In this document: one piece after another, positions 8,832 to 18,361 of the stretch
How the letters are laid out: every line of letters starts with the position of its first letter
Numbering within the stretch: the first letter of the stretch is position 1
DNA from: an uncultured Candidatus Saccharibacteria bacterium
Lineage (GTDB): Bacteria; Patescibacteriota; Saccharimonadia; Saccharimonadales; UBA10212
Reading direction: 5' to 3'
Assembly (NCBI GenBank): GCA_964460855.1
Contig: CAYWQH010000009.1
Span: forward strand, 1,351 to 65,350
DNA: 64,000 bases
Notes under the pieces: model-generated
Seen by the model: the letters and a program-made list of their open reading frames with translations, nothing else
Databases searched by the model: none
Told to the model about the DNA's origin: nothing
Program-made: the position numbers and the translations under genes

Positions 8832-8851
8832 GCGAAAGGTATCACACAGTT

Positions 8852-10498
8852 ATGGCTAAAAAAGTTTTTTATGACGACGACGCCCGCCGCCGCGTGTTGG
8901 GCGGGGCAAAAGTTTTATACGACGCTGTGAAAACCACTATGGGCCCCAAAGGCCGCAATGTGGTGATCAGCAAAAGTTACGGCAACCCAACTGTTACCCA
9001 CGACGGCGTAACAGTTGCTAAGGGTGTAGACCTGGAAGACGTCGACGACGAAACCCTGGGCTACAAAGTCGGTGCCGAGCTGATCAAGCAGGCCGCCAGC
9101 AAAATGAATGATGTAGCCGGTGACGGCACAACTACCGTAACGGTTTTGACTTACCATATTTTAAGCGAAGCGAATAAGCTGATAGCCGCCGGCCACAGCC
9201 CGATGCTGCTGCGCAAAGGGCTGGAAGCCGCCTCGCACGAAGTATTAACCAAGCTTGGCGGCATGGCCGAAGATATTGCCGGCAATAACAAGCGGGTGGC
9301 CGAAGTTGCCACCATTAGCGCCGGCGACGCCGAAATCGGCAAGCTAATCGCCGACGTCATGGATAAAGTCGGCAAAGACGGCGTAGTTACCGTAGAAGAA
9401 GGCCAGGGCCTGGCCCTGGAGAGTGAAGTCGTCGAAGGTTTCACTTTCGACCGCGGTTACGTCAGCCCTTATATGGTTACCGACACGGCCCGCATGGAAG
9501 CCGTTTACGATAAACCAGCCATCTTAGTTACCGACGCTAAAATCAGCTCCATCCAGGACTTTTTGCCGATGCTCGAAAAACTGGCCCAGTCCGGCAAAAA
9601 AGACCTGGTTATCGTAGCCGAAGACGTCGACGGCGAAGCTTTAGGAACATTAATCCTTAACAAACTCAAAGGCGTTTTCAATACCGTCGCCATAAAAGCC
9701 CCAGCCTTTGGCGACCGCCGCAAAGAAATTTTAGAAGATATCGCCATATTAACGGGCGGCCAGGTCATCAGTGAAGAGCAGGGCACCACGTTCGAAAATG
9801 CCGAGCTGGATATGATCGGCACCGCCCGCCGGGTAATCGCCACTAAAGACGAAACGACGATTATCGAAGGCAATGGCAGCCAATCGGCCATCAAAGAGCG
9901 GATTGCCCAAATCGCCAAGCAAATCGAAGCCGCTACTAGCGAATACGACAAAGAAAACCTCGAAAAGCGCCGGGCCGCTTTGCAGGGCAAGGTTGCTGTA
10001 ATTAAAGTCGGCGGCGCTACCGAAACCGAAATCGAAGAAAAGAAATTCCGCGTCGACGACGCCGTGCACGCCGTTAAAGCCGCATTGGACGAAGGTATTG
10101 TGCCGGGTGGCGGCGTCACGCTGGTAAACCTGATATTCGAAGTCACTCCGCTTACATCCGAACATACTTCGGTACTTGCCGGCCAAAGCTTACTGTTCAG
10201 AAGTTTCGAACAGCCATTCCGCATTTTGCTGGACAACGCCGGTATTAACCCCGACGAATGGTTGCCCCAGGTCCGCAAGGCCAAGCCGGGCCATGGCGTA
10301 GATGTCAGCAATCCGACCAAGCTTGTTGACCTTAAAGCTGCTGGAATTATTGACCCGGCCCGCGTCACTAAAGAAGCAATCCAAAACGCTGTGTCGATTG
10401 CCGGTACAGCTATGACCATGGGCGCTTTAGTTGCAGATGTGCCAGAGCCAAAATCCGCCCCGACTCCCGATATGGGCGCAATGGGCGGAATGATGTAA
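8852..10498 (+). CDS. groEL: chaperonin GroEL
   Basis: 'AGDGTTTVTVL', 'VAVIKVGGATE' and a C-terminal 'GGMM' tail; 548 aa. Confidence 0.97.
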   Translation: MAKKVFYDDDARRRVLGGAKVLYDAVKTTMGPKGRNVVISKSYGNPTVTHDGVTVAKGVDLEDVDDETLGYKVGAELIKQAASKMNDVAGDGTTTVTVLTYHILSEANKLIAAGHSPMLLRKGLEAASHEVLTKLGGMAEDIAGNNKRVAEVATISAGDAEIGKLIADVMDKVGKDGVVTVEEGQGLALESEVVEGFTFDRGYVSPYMVTDTARMEAVYDKPAILVTDAKISSIQDFLPMLEKLAQSGKKDLVIVAEDVDGEALGTLILNKLKGVFNTVAIKAPAFGDRRKEILEDIAILTGGQVISEEQGTTFENAELDMIGTARRVIATKDETTIIEGNGSQSAIKERIAQIAKQIEAATSEYDKENLEKRRAALQGKVAVIKVGGATETEIEEKKFRVDDAVHAVKAALDEGIVPGGGVTLVNLIFEVTPLTSEHTSVLAGQSLLFRSFEQPFRILLDNAGINPDEWLPQVRKAKPGHGVDVSNPTKLVDLKAAGIIDPARVTKEAIQNAVSIAGTAMTMGALVADVPEPKSAPTPDMGAMGGMM

Positions 10499-10502
10499 GA
10501 AA

Positions 10503-10530
10503 ATGAGACACCCGCAAGCGGGTTTCTCAT
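10503..10530 (+). terminator. groEL terminator hairpin
   Basis: ATGAGAcACCCGC-aa-GCGGGTtTCTCAT, immediately after the groEL stop. Confidence 0.55.
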
Positions 10531-10703
10531 CGCGCCGGGCAAAAAGTGTGATTTTTGCTCGGGCTGCTCTTCCCACCAGCTAAGACCGGGTCGAAGTAAA
10601 TTCGACTCGGGCTGTTCACCCGCAAGAGGATAAAAAGATCCCGAAGTAAATTAGGGATCTTCTTTATATATCTTAAAAATTATGCGTGACCTCTGTTATA
10701 TAA

Positions 10704-10732
10704 TTGACATAAAGTAGTAAAAATTGTAGAAT
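10704..10732 (+). promoter_or_regulatory. consensus sigma70 promoter (TTGACA-17 nt-TAGAAT)
   Basis: TTGACA at 10704-10709, a 17-nt spacer, TAGAAT at 10727-10732. Confidence 0.6.
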
Positions 10733-10785
10733 ACTGCCGATCTAAGACTTTGCCGTAGGACCACAGAGGATCTACGGCCTGCCCG

Positions 10786-11643
10786 GTGAAACCGACAGAA
10801 ATGAGGAATATACGGGCGAAGCTAGAGACCTTACAACTGGAATGTACTACGAATAAGGAAGAGGGATTATCTAACAACAAGACCAGTGGCGTTCGCAAGG
10901 CACCGCTCCGCGGGCCGGTCGAGGAAGAGTACGACACTTCGCCGAAGTGGCTGAAGGGTTCGAATCCCCGCGCCAGTAAGCACGCCCCGACCGACAAGCT
11001 CATGCCGACGATCGACGGTGAACTTCTACCGGTCGTGGAGGTGAGGACGGTTGATGGCTACCAGGACGCGGTGGGCACGTATTTCCGCCACATCTACCGC
11101 ATCAAGCGGCAGCCCAAGCTGTGGAGCGGGCCGGCTCATGTCCAGCTGACACACGCGCTGCGCTTCTTCAATATCGCGTCGCGCAAGCTCAGCAACAAGG
11201 CATACCGCCGGGTAGGCCATGAAATCGGCACCCAGGGTAAGATCATGGAAGACCCCGCGGACCTCCTAAAGCGGGCCGGCGCCTCGAAAGCCGTAGCCGA
11301 GAAGATTGTTGTCGACCTGCTGGAGCTCGAACTGCTCCAGCGCCAGCCGAACGGTGTTTACCACGTGCTGGCCAAGCGGCTTGTCGTCATGGCTGGTGAC
11401 TTGCCGTATCCCGAAGAGACCAACGAGCAAGGAGGCACGATCTTGCCTGTCCAAAAGAGCAAGCGCCGCCGCGCCCCCGCGCGCCCTGCGTCGCCGGATT
11501 ACCAGAAGCTACTGGACGAGTTCCAGTTCGCTTCGGAGGAGTTGAGCGAGCACTTCAGGGAGCTCGTCGAACGGAACGCTGAGCTCGAGGCGGAGAACGC
11601 CAGGATGCGCCCTGTCTTCGACATGGCTCACCGCGTCAAGTAG
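10786..11643 (+). CDS. hypothetical protein, GC-rich cassette (possible winged-helix region plus C-terminal coiled coil); start uncertain
   Basis: Longest ORF, with a GTG start. GC3 bias rises from about 10890. An alternative ATG at 11002 lacks an SD. The C-terminus 'ELVERNAELEAENARMR' looks like a coiled coil. Confidence 0.55.
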   Translation: MKPTEMRNIRAKLETLQLECTTNKEEGLSNNKTSGVRKAPLRGPVEEEYDTSPKWLKGSNPRASKHAPTDKLMPTIDGELLPVVEVRTVDGYQDAVGTYFRHIYRIKRQPKLWSGPAHVQLTHALRFFNIASRKLSNKAYRRVGHEIGTQGKIMEDPADLLKRAGASKAVAEKIVVDLLELELLQRQPNGVYHVLAKRLVVMAGDLPYPEETNEQGGTILPVQKSKRRRAPARPASPDYQKLLDEFQFASEELSEHFRELVERNAELEAENARMRPVFDMAHRVK

Positions 11644-11657
11644 TGCATCTAGTGGCC

Positions 11658-11691
11658 GGGCGGGCAGTACTCTATGTGAGTACGCCCGCCC
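11658..11691 (+). terminator. GC-rich hairpin terminator
   Basis: GGGCGGGCaGTACTC-tatgt-GAGTACGCCCGCCC. Confidence 0.55.
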
Positions 11692-11821
11692 TGCGCGGAA
11701 GTCCACGAATAAAAGTCGTGCTGATGAGCCATATTTGGCGAAACTTCCAACAATTAGCAAATCGTTTTTTTGCCAAATAGCCTAAAATGTAGTATTGTAG
11801 AGAAGTTAATGGAGCTAAAAA

Positions 11822-12280
11822 GTGAGGCCATTTTGGCGCCGCGACGAAGTTACACCTTCGGAAGCATCAGACCTAGAACAGTATTATGCCAACCAGCGCG
11901 CGAGTAACAGCTGGTTGTCGATGCTTGCCACTTTGCTGGCTATTGTTTTAATTGGAGTAGCCGTATTCTTCAGTGCCCGCTGGCTGTACAACAAATTCCA
12001 TAGCAATAAACCAGCCAACGCGCCGGTAGCAACCCAAAATGTTGCGCCGCCGCCAACTTCAAATTCGCAGCCGACCAACCCTCAACCGGCCAACCCCCCG
12101 GCTAATACCTACACTACTCCCAGCCCCACCACCACTGCTCCGCCCACCACCCAAACGGCTCCTCCGGCTACCAGCGCTACACCCAATACCGGACCGGGCA
12201 ATACCATCGCCATATTCTTAGGCGCCACAGTATTGGGCGCCGTAGTTTACCAGTTGCGCGCCCGCAGCCAAGCCGAATAA
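11822..12280 (+). CDS. membrane protein with Pro/Thr-rich region and C-terminal hydrophobic anchor
   Basis: An N-terminal TM helix, a P/T/N-rich low-complexity region, and the C-terminus 'TPNTGPGNTIAIFLGATVLGAVVYQLRARSQAE'. Confidence 0.5.
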   Translation: MRPFWRRDEVTPSEASDLEQYYANQRASNSWLSMLATLLAIVLIGVAVFFSARWLYNKFHSNKPANAPVATQNVAPPPTSNSQPTNPQPANPPANTYTTPSPTTTAPPTTQTAPPATSATPNTGPGNTIAIFLGATVLGAVVYQLRARSQAE

Positions 12281-12348
12281 CCCTAACACCTAATTGACTA
12301 CTAAGCATAAGTGTGATAGAGTATTATTGAAATTCACCAAAAACAAAC

Positions 12349-13809
12349 ATGTCCGAACAAATTCAAACACCTCCCGAAATTGTCCCCGAAGATAGCTTGA
12401 AACCAGTTGACCGACAGGTAGCTGATAAATTTTTTGACGGCTTAGCAGCCGAAGGTTTGAGTGAGTTCCAGGATCCGAACAAACTGCAGGCAGCCAAAGA
12501 AGCTGCTGCCGATCTTATCAAGCGCACCAAACTTCAACCGGAATTTTTCGAAAATGGCGGCCGGGCAGTAGTTTTTGCCGGGTTGGCTCATTTGCAAGCC
12601 TCACATAGTGATTCAGACCGCTACGGCCAGCGTTTTGCCTACAAGTCTTTACTGGAACTAGGCAAAACTTTTATAGATGAAAGCTTGAGTCAAAAGAAAG
12701 AGAAATTGGCAGACGAAGAGGAACTGCAAGTTTTTAAAAAGTATCAAAACACTGAGCTAACATCAATGCTTGAGGAATATCTGGAAACTTCAGGCGTACT
12801 TACCGAAACTCACCGATCTTTAGGCGTAACTCCGGATACAGAAGAACCTTTTGAAGTATTAGTTCTGGATATAGCCGATGGCTATACATGGGCAGGAATA
12901 GGCGTAGACATTCCCGAAATAGACGATTATGACGACTCAGAATCTTTTGACGACCCGGCATTTAAAGAAGCCGTCCAGAAAGCAGCGGAACTTCGAGAAG
13001 ATGAATCCAGACTAGAGCAAAACCTTGCACAGATGGCTGCTGAATTGCAGCAAGATGGTTTTCCGCCTGCCTGCGTCGTACAGCTAAACGGCAAAAAATA
13101 TTATGTTTTCCAAAACCCAACCGCCAGAAAATTAATGCAGCGGGTAAGCACCACGTCTTATTACGATGGATATAACGCTGAAGCGGACCAGGCTTTTTTG
13201 CAACATGAGTACGTTCATACCCAGCGGTTTAAAGGCTTAGGCTATAACACGGTTATGGGCATTACGTTGGAAGAAGTCCGGGCCGAAGAACTATCTGGCA
13301 ATAAGCATGGCTATGATGATGCCAAAACTTTTTTGGAGGAATTCAGCGTCATAACTGGCGCGGACATGTATGGCCTTTTAGAAAGTAACGCTACAAAGCC
13401 AGACGCTGGGGATATCTATTTAGAGCTGGCCAAAAAAGCCGGCTTGGAAGTTATGACAGAGGTTGCGTTAGTTTTGCCCAATGCGTATGCCAAACGAAAA
13501 AATGAACCTAATATGACAGATATCCAGACCAGGATTGGCGGCTATGCCAGCATAATTTCCAGACTGGAAAGCCAAGCGCCCAACGATGAAGCCGCAGTTC
13601 GCATCCGTGATTACTCAGAACACAAAGTGCGTCAAATAAGGGAGATAAACCAAAGGGATCGGAAAGAGGGTGGCCGTTTTATTATGACACCAGAACTATG
13701 GGCCAATTACTTTAACTATGGCCCTGAATTATCGGGACTAAAGAAAGAAGTTATCAGGTTGTACCGCGAAAAATACGGCCCGGAACCGGAAGAAGACCAA
13801 GTAGGCTAA
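12349..13809 (+). CDS. hypothetical protein with HExxH motif (putative metallopeptidase)
   Basis: 486 aa. 'LQHEYVHTQ' contains HExxH. I recognise no other family signature. Confidence 0.45.
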   Translation: MSEQIQTPPEIVPEDSLKPVDRQVADKFFDGLAAEGLSEFQDPNKLQAAKEAAADLIKRTKLQPEFFENGGRAVVFAGLAHLQASHSDSDRYGQRFAYKSLLELGKTFIDESLSQKKEKLADEEELQVFKKYQNTELTSMLEEYLETSGVLTETHRSLGVTPDTEEPFEVLVLDIADGYTWAGIGVDIPEIDDYDDSESFDDPAFKEAVQKAAELREDESRLEQNLAQMAAELQQDGFPPACVVQLNGKKYYVFQNPTARKLMQRVSTTSYYDGYNAEADQAFLQHEYVHTQRFKGLGYNTVMGITLEEVRAEELSGNKHGYDDAKTFLEEFSVITGADMYGLLESNATKPDAGDIYLELAKKAGLEVMTEVALVLPNAYAKRKNEPNMTDIQTRIGGYASIISRLESQAPNDEAAVRIRDYSEHKVRQIREINQRDRKEGGRFIMTPELWANYFNYGPELSGLKKEVIRLYREKYGPEPEEDQVG

Positions 13810-14637
13810 TTATTCGGCCGGAGTGTTTTGCGGTGGATGGTTTTGGGTGAAGTAGTTTATTTCGTTGATAACATCTAAAAGGGCTTGGGCCCGGGTTTGT
13901 TCATCGGTGATTTGCTTGGCGGCTTCGTAAGCCGTGCGCACCATCGCCGCGTTATCGGTGGCTTGGATCATCATCATGGTGGTGCGGAATTTTTCTTCGG
14001 GTGTTTGCTCGATGTGGTCTACCAGCGGCGCCAAGTTTGCTAAAGCTTCTTGTTTTACATCTAACAATTCGTCGGTATCTACCGGGCCGGCCGCGGTTGG
14101 GTCGGGCAAGTTCAAGCCCATTGAAGGCGCTTCGGCCGCAGTGGTATCGGCGGCTTCGGGCTCTGGGGCCGGGGAGTCCATAGGCACAGGGTCGGGCATT
14201 GCCGTTGGATCGGGCATGGAGGAGGCGGCATCGGCGGCCGCGCTATCAACCGAGGGTTCGGTGGCTGCCGGTTCAACGGCGGCTGGTTCGGCAGTTGCCG
14301 GGGCGGCTGTACCATAATTTGTAAACGGGCCGGGGCTGGCGGGCACCGCAGCGGGTAAATCAGTTTGGGGCATTTCGGGCGCGCTGGCAACCGATGATGC
14401 GGAGCTGGCAACCGGCGGGGCCGGGCTGGTGACCACCGGGGAGCTGCTCAACTGGGCGGCGACTTCGGCGGCGGTTGGCATAGCGCCTGCTGCCGGGCCG
14501 TTTGTGGCCATGGCATCGTCCATAGCCGGCATAGCCGGCATGGCAGCTCCCGCCGAAGAGTTATCCATAGGCTGGCTGGCGCCCGCTGACGGGTCAGCGC
14601 TGTTTACGGTTCCGAACATTCCACCCCCTGAGTCCAA
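13810..14637 (-). CDS. Ala/Pro-rich low-complexity protein with helical C-terminal domain
   Basis: 275 aa. The N-terminal two thirds are A/P/S/T-rich and the C-terminal roughly 90 aa are ordered and helical. Shadow ORFs on the other strand were rejected. Confidence 0.5.
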   Translation of the reverse strand: MDSGGGMFGTVNSADPSAGASQPMDNSSAGAAMPAMPAMDDAMATNGPAAGAMPTAAEVAAQLSSSPVVTSPAPPVASSASSVASAPEMPQTDLPAAVPASPGPFTNYGTAAPATAEPAAVEPAATEPSVDSAAADAASSMPDPTAMPDPVPMDSPAPEPEAADTTAAEAPSMGLNLPDPTAAGPVDTDELLDVKQEALANLAPLVDHIEQTPEEKFRTTMMMIQATDNAAMVRTAYEAAKQITDEQTRAQALLDVINEINYFTQNHPPQNTPAE

Positions 14638-14697
14638 TTTATATATTTCCTTATGTTAGTTTCATGTTAAGGCATAAGCGTAAAAAAGCCAATATTC

Positions 14698-15744
14698 ATG
14701 TACAATTCCCTTATGCTTGATGACCTCAAATATATCCATCAAAAAGATGGCCAGGATGCCCTGGGTATCGCCGAAAAACAGTTCCAGCAACTGCTGCCGG
14801 CTTATGAATTACCAGCCGCGGAAGGTAATATCGGCAATATAGTTTTTTCAGGTATGGGCGGCTCGGCGCTAGCGGCACTGCTCAGCACTACCTGGCCGGG
14901 TTATAAAGTGCCGTTTGAAATCATCCGCAATTATTCAATTCCAACTTACGTAGGTCCAGAAACTTTATTTATCGCATCCAGCTACTCCGGCAATACCGAA
15001 GAAACCATAGAAGCTTTGGGCCATGCCGAAGGGCAGGGAGCGAAAATAGCAATTATTACGTCGGGCGGCCAATTAGCCGAAACCGCCAAGGCCAAAAACT
15101 ATCCGTTGGCCTTAATACCCGGTGGCCTGCAGCCGCGCTACGCCGTATTACACAGCTTTAAAGCCCTGGCCGACATTTTGGTAAAATACGGCTTGGCCGA
15201 CGCAGCGCTACTAAACGAAGAGCTGCAAAAAGCTTCGGAGTTCTTGCGTACTGCCGTGGAATGGTGGCGGCCCGATGTGCCAACAAAAGACAATTATCCC
15301 AAGCAAATCGCCCTGGAGCTGATGGGCAAAAGCCCGGTGGTTTACGCCGGCCCGCTAATGTTTCCGGCGGCTTACAAATGGAAAATCAGTTTTAACGAAA
15401 ACGCCAAAAACGTTGCCTGGTGCAACCAGCTGCCGGAATTTAATCACAATGAATTCCTGGGCTGGACCAGCCACCCCACCGACAAGCCCTATGCCGTTAT
15501 ATGTTTGCGCAGTTCGTTCGAGCATCCCCGCGTCCAAAAGCGCTTCGAACTAAGTGAAAGAATGCTCAGCGGCATGCGGCCGCGTACCCTCAACATCGAC
15601 TCTCTGGGCGAAAACGTATTGCAGCACCTGCTTTGGCTTGTAGCCTTTGGTGATTTCGTCAGCCTCTACCTAGCACTGTTAAACGGCTTGAATCCCACAC
15701 CGGTAGACCTCATCGAAAAATTCAAACGCGAACTAAACAGCTAA
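14698..15744 (+). CDS. bifunctional phosphoglucose/phosphomannose isomerase (SIS domain)
   Basis: 'GMGGSALAA', 'SYSGNTEET', and a length and architecture typical of the PGI/PMI family. Confidence 0.75.
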   Translation: MYNSLMLDDLKYIHQKDGQDALGIAEKQFQQLLPAYELPAAEGNIGNIVFSGMGGSALAALLSTTWPGYKVPFEIIRNYSIPTYVGPETLFIASSYSGNTEETIEALGHAEGQGAKIAIITSGGQLAETAKAKNYPLALIPGGLQPRYAVLHSFKALADILVKYGLADAALLNEELQKASEFLRTAVEWWRPDVPTKDNYPKQIALELMGKSPVVYAGPLMFPAAYKWKISFNENAKNVAWCNQLPEFNHNEFLGWTSHPTDKPYAVICLRSSFEHPRVQKRFELSERMLSGMRPRTLNIDSLGENVLQHLLWLVAFGDFVSLYLALLNGLNPTPVDLIEKFKRELNS

Positions 15745-15907
15745 AAAATTCTCGCATTTGGATGCGATACAAGGAAGAAGCGAGTAGCGGACTGAAACGT
15801 ATTTAACATACGTTGAAGGAGCAACGCAGCTTCTGACGCCGTAGCGCGCCAAAAGTCCGCCGGGTTACCAGCTTAGCTGGGAAGCAGGGTGGACGGTGCG
15901 GGGATTT

Positions 15908-17137
15908 TTATTCGTTACGCAAAGCTTCGATTGGGTCTTTTTTAGCTGCCTTAAGCGCCGGCGTAATACAAAACAGCACGCCAATAACTATCGAAACCCC
16001 AGTAGCGATAAAGACGATCGGCCAGGTAATTACCGGCTTAAAGTCGGTGGTTATGCGCAACAGCATATTAATTCCAAAAGCGATTAGTACGGCTAAAATA
16101 CCTCCGAAAACTGTTAGTACCAAACCTTCGGTTAAGAATTGGCCGAGAATCTGGCGGTTGGTAGCACCCACGGCTTTGCGGATGCCGATTTCGCGGTTCC
16201 GCTCGCTAACGTTTACCAGCATGATATTCATAATTCCAATGCCGCCCACCAGCAGCGAGATGCCCGCCACTCCCGAAATAAAACCGGTAATGACGTTTAA
16301 TACCGTGCTGGTTATAGACAGTACTTCGGATTGTTTCAGAACCGTAATATTATCGCCGTCTTTATGGTTTACGGCCAAGGCTGCTTGCACGTCTTTAACG
16401 GCCTGGTCGTTATTTGTTCCCTTATTGGTAGCCACTAAAATTTGCTGGATCTGGGCTTTGTCACCGGTTAAGTCTTTGCCGGTGGTGTAAGGAATAAAAA
16501 TCGTGGAATTTAAGTCGGATCCCAATGTAGAAAACGTACCCGTAGGGGTGGCCTCGAACACGCCGCGCACCCTAAATGACTGCCCGTCGATGTTAAGCGA
16601 CCGGCCCACCGGGTTCAGTTCGTTAAACATCTGGGCGGCAATGTTAGGCCCGATAATGGCGTTGAACTGGTTGTTGTCGCTGTCATCAAAGTAAGCGCCG
16701 TAAGCGATTTTTTGGTTGAGTACGTTGGGCGCGTCGTTGCCGGTGCTCAGGACGTAAATGTTAGTTAATTGGTGGTCCTCGTTAGCAGCGCTGTTAGTTA
16801 TGAAGCTGATTGGCACGGCATTAGTTACGAACGGCAACTTTTTGACGGCATCAACGTCCTGGTCGCTTAAGGTACTGGTAGAAAGTACCGCCAACGGGTT
16901 AACGCCGGTTATATTGCCTTTTTTGTCGCGGTTGATGAGCTTGCCGGGCCGCACGGTTAAAACATTGTTGCCCAGTTGGGTAATTTGGTCGCTGACCTGG
17001 TGCTTTAAGCCTTCGCCCAAACTAACAGTAACGATAACCGAGCTAACGCCGATAATTATGCCCAGCATTGTAAGCAAACTGCGCCAGCGGTTAGACCGCA
17101 AATTAGCGATGGCCATTTTGACGTTTACGCCAAACAT
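15908..17137 (-). CDS. ABC transporter permease, MacB/FtsX-like
   Basis: An N-terminal TM helix, a large periplasmic domain and a C-terminal FtsX-type 3-TM bundle ('ERNREIGIRKAVGA'). Confidence 0.85.
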   Translation of the reverse strand: MFGVNVKMAIANLRSNRWRSLLTMLGIIIGVSSVIVTVSLGEGLKHQVSDQITQLGNNVLTVRPGKLINRDKKGNITGVNPLAVLSTSTLSDQDVDAVKKLPFVTNAVPISFITNSAANEDHQLTNIYVLSTGNDAPNVLNQKIAYGAYFDDSDNNQFNAIIGPNIAAQMFNELNPVGRSLNIDGQSFRVRGVFEATPTGTFSTLGSDLNSTIFIPYTTGKDLTGDKAQIQQILVATNKGTNNDQAVKDVQAALAVNHKDGDNITVLKQSEVLSITSTVLNVITGFISGVAGISLLVGGIGIMNIMLVNVSERNREIGIRKAVGATNRQILGQFLTEGLVLTVFGGILAVLIAFGINMLLRITTDFKPVITWPIVFIATGVSIVIGVLFCITPALKAAKKDPIEALRNE

Positions 17138-18018
17138 CAGCGCCGGCTCCGCTTAGCGGCTTTTGGCGGTTTAGCCGGTTTTTTGGTTTTTTGGTTGGCC
17201 CGCCGCTTGGCGTTGGCGGTTACTTCTTTGCCCGGTACTTCTTTTAATAAGCTGGACACGCCTTCGTACAGGTCGTCTTCGGTCGCTTCGTACTTGGTAT
17301 AGTGGCTGCGTTTGGCGCCGCTGGCAATGTCGCCGATGCGGGTGGTTTCGTCCTGGACTATCATGCCGTCGATCATGTAAATAACCCGGCTGGCGTAGCG
17401 GGTTAACTCCGGGTTATGGGTAACCAGTAAAATTGTATTGCCTTGGCGGTGAAGTTCGCTTAATAGCTCCATGACCACCCGGCTGCTGGAGCTGTCTAAG
17501 TTGCCGGTGGGTTCGTCGGCGATGATAATTTGCGGGTTATTTACCAGCGCCCGGGCAATGGCCACCCGCTGCAGCTGGCCGCCACTTAGATGGCGCGGAT
17601 AGTAATGCTCACGGTCGCGCAAACCAACGCGCTCCAGCATGTCGCTGGCCCGCTTAAGCCGCTTGCCCATGCCCATGCCGCTGTAGGCCAGGGGCAGGGC
17701 CACGTTATCCAAAACAGTCATGCGCGGCAACAAATTAAAATTCTGGAAAATAAAACCAATTTTTTCGCGGCGGGTCTTAGCCCGGCGGCTGGACCGTTGG
17801 CGGGCTACGTTATGGCTGTCTAAAAGGAAAATGCCGTGGGTCGGCCGGTCGAGCATGCCAATAATATTCATCATAGTGCTTTTGCCGCTGCCGCTAGGGC
17901 CCATAACCGCCACGAATTCGCCGGCATCCACGCTTAAAAAGACTTCATCCAAAGCCAACGTTGTAGCGTCGCCAAAACCGTAGAGTTTAGAAACTTCGTG
18001 TAGCTCAATAACTGCCAC
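17137..18018 (-). CDS. ABC transporter ATP-binding protein (MacB/LolD-like) with Lys-rich C-terminal tail
   Basis: Walker A 'GPSGSGKST', signature 'LSGGQLQR', Walker B 'IIIADEPT'. Its 3' end overlaps the permease start by 1 nt. Confidence 0.9.
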   Translation of the reverse strand: MAVIELHEVSKLYGFGDATTLALDEVFLSVDAGEFVAVMGPSGSGKSTMMNIIGMLDRPTHGIFLLDSHNVARQRSSRRAKTRREKIGFIFQNFNLLPRMTVLDNVALPLAYSGMGMGKRLKRASDMLERVGLRDREHYYPRHLSGGQLQRVAIARALVNNPQIIIADEPTGNLDSSSSRVVMELLSELHRQGNTILLVTHNPELTRYASRVIYMIDGMIVQDETTRIGDIASGAKRSHYTKYEATEDDLYEGVSSLLKEVPGKEVTANAKRRANQKTKKPAKPPKAAKRSRR

Positions 18019-18229
18019 GAAATAACCCCTTTCATTAGGTGCCGTTTAATTACATTAGTGATGTTTGTTTTTGCTTGACGGAGCCTTATATAAAACTCTG
18101 CTAACAGTAGTTTAGACCTAATCCAACAGGTTGTTCAAGGGGTAAATTAATAAAATAGTTGTAAAAAAGTCAAAACTCTTGTTTAAACTTAAAAAGCTAA
18201 CTATTTAATTTTGCTAAAATAGCGCTTAA

Positions 18230-18319
18230 GGAGAGGTCGCATAGTGGCCGAGTGCGCTACCTTGGAAAGGTAGTATAGGGGCAACTCTATCGAGGGTTCG
18301 AATCCCTCTCTCTCCGCCA
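18230..18319 (+). tRNA. tRNA-Ser (anticodon GGA), CCA encoded
   Basis: Acceptor stem GGAGAGG/CTCTCTCC, anticodon stem-loop CTACC-TTGGAAA-GGTAG, a long variable arm, T-arm GAGGG-TTCGAAT-CCCTC, and a terminal GCCA. Confidence 0.9.
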
Positions 18320-18353
18320 ATCTTTTCGCTAAAATCTATTTAGCGAAAAGATT
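18320..18353 (+). terminator. 13-bp hairpin directly after the tRNA
   Basis: AATCTTTTCGCTA-aaatctatt-TAGCGAAAAGATT. Confidence 0.5.
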
Positions 18354-18361
18354 GACCCTGA

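Noticed and set aside
10740-10980. Possible tmRNA (ssrA) gene, suggested by the GGGTTCGAATCCCC T-loop-like sequence behind a strong promoter.
   Set aside because: There is no complementary 5' acceptor strand (CTGGCGC). The T-stem 5' strand pairs at only 3 bp. There is no CCA or tag-ORF/resume-codon arrangement, and the stretch lies in an open GC3-biased reading frame. I retain it only as a tRNA 3'-fragment.
10680-11003. A 107-aa minus-strand ORF overlapping the 10704 promoter and the 5' part of the 10786 ORF.
   Set aside because: It has no SD and crosses a compositional boundary and a consensus promoter on the other strand. The product is low-complexity.
15745-15907. Structured intergenic region between the convergent isomerase and ABC permease genes (hairpins TCGCAT-ttgg-ATGCGA and AACGTAT-ttaac-ATACGTT).
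   Set aside because: Most simply explained as two terminators for convergent genes. There is no repeat relationship to other loci that I could verify.
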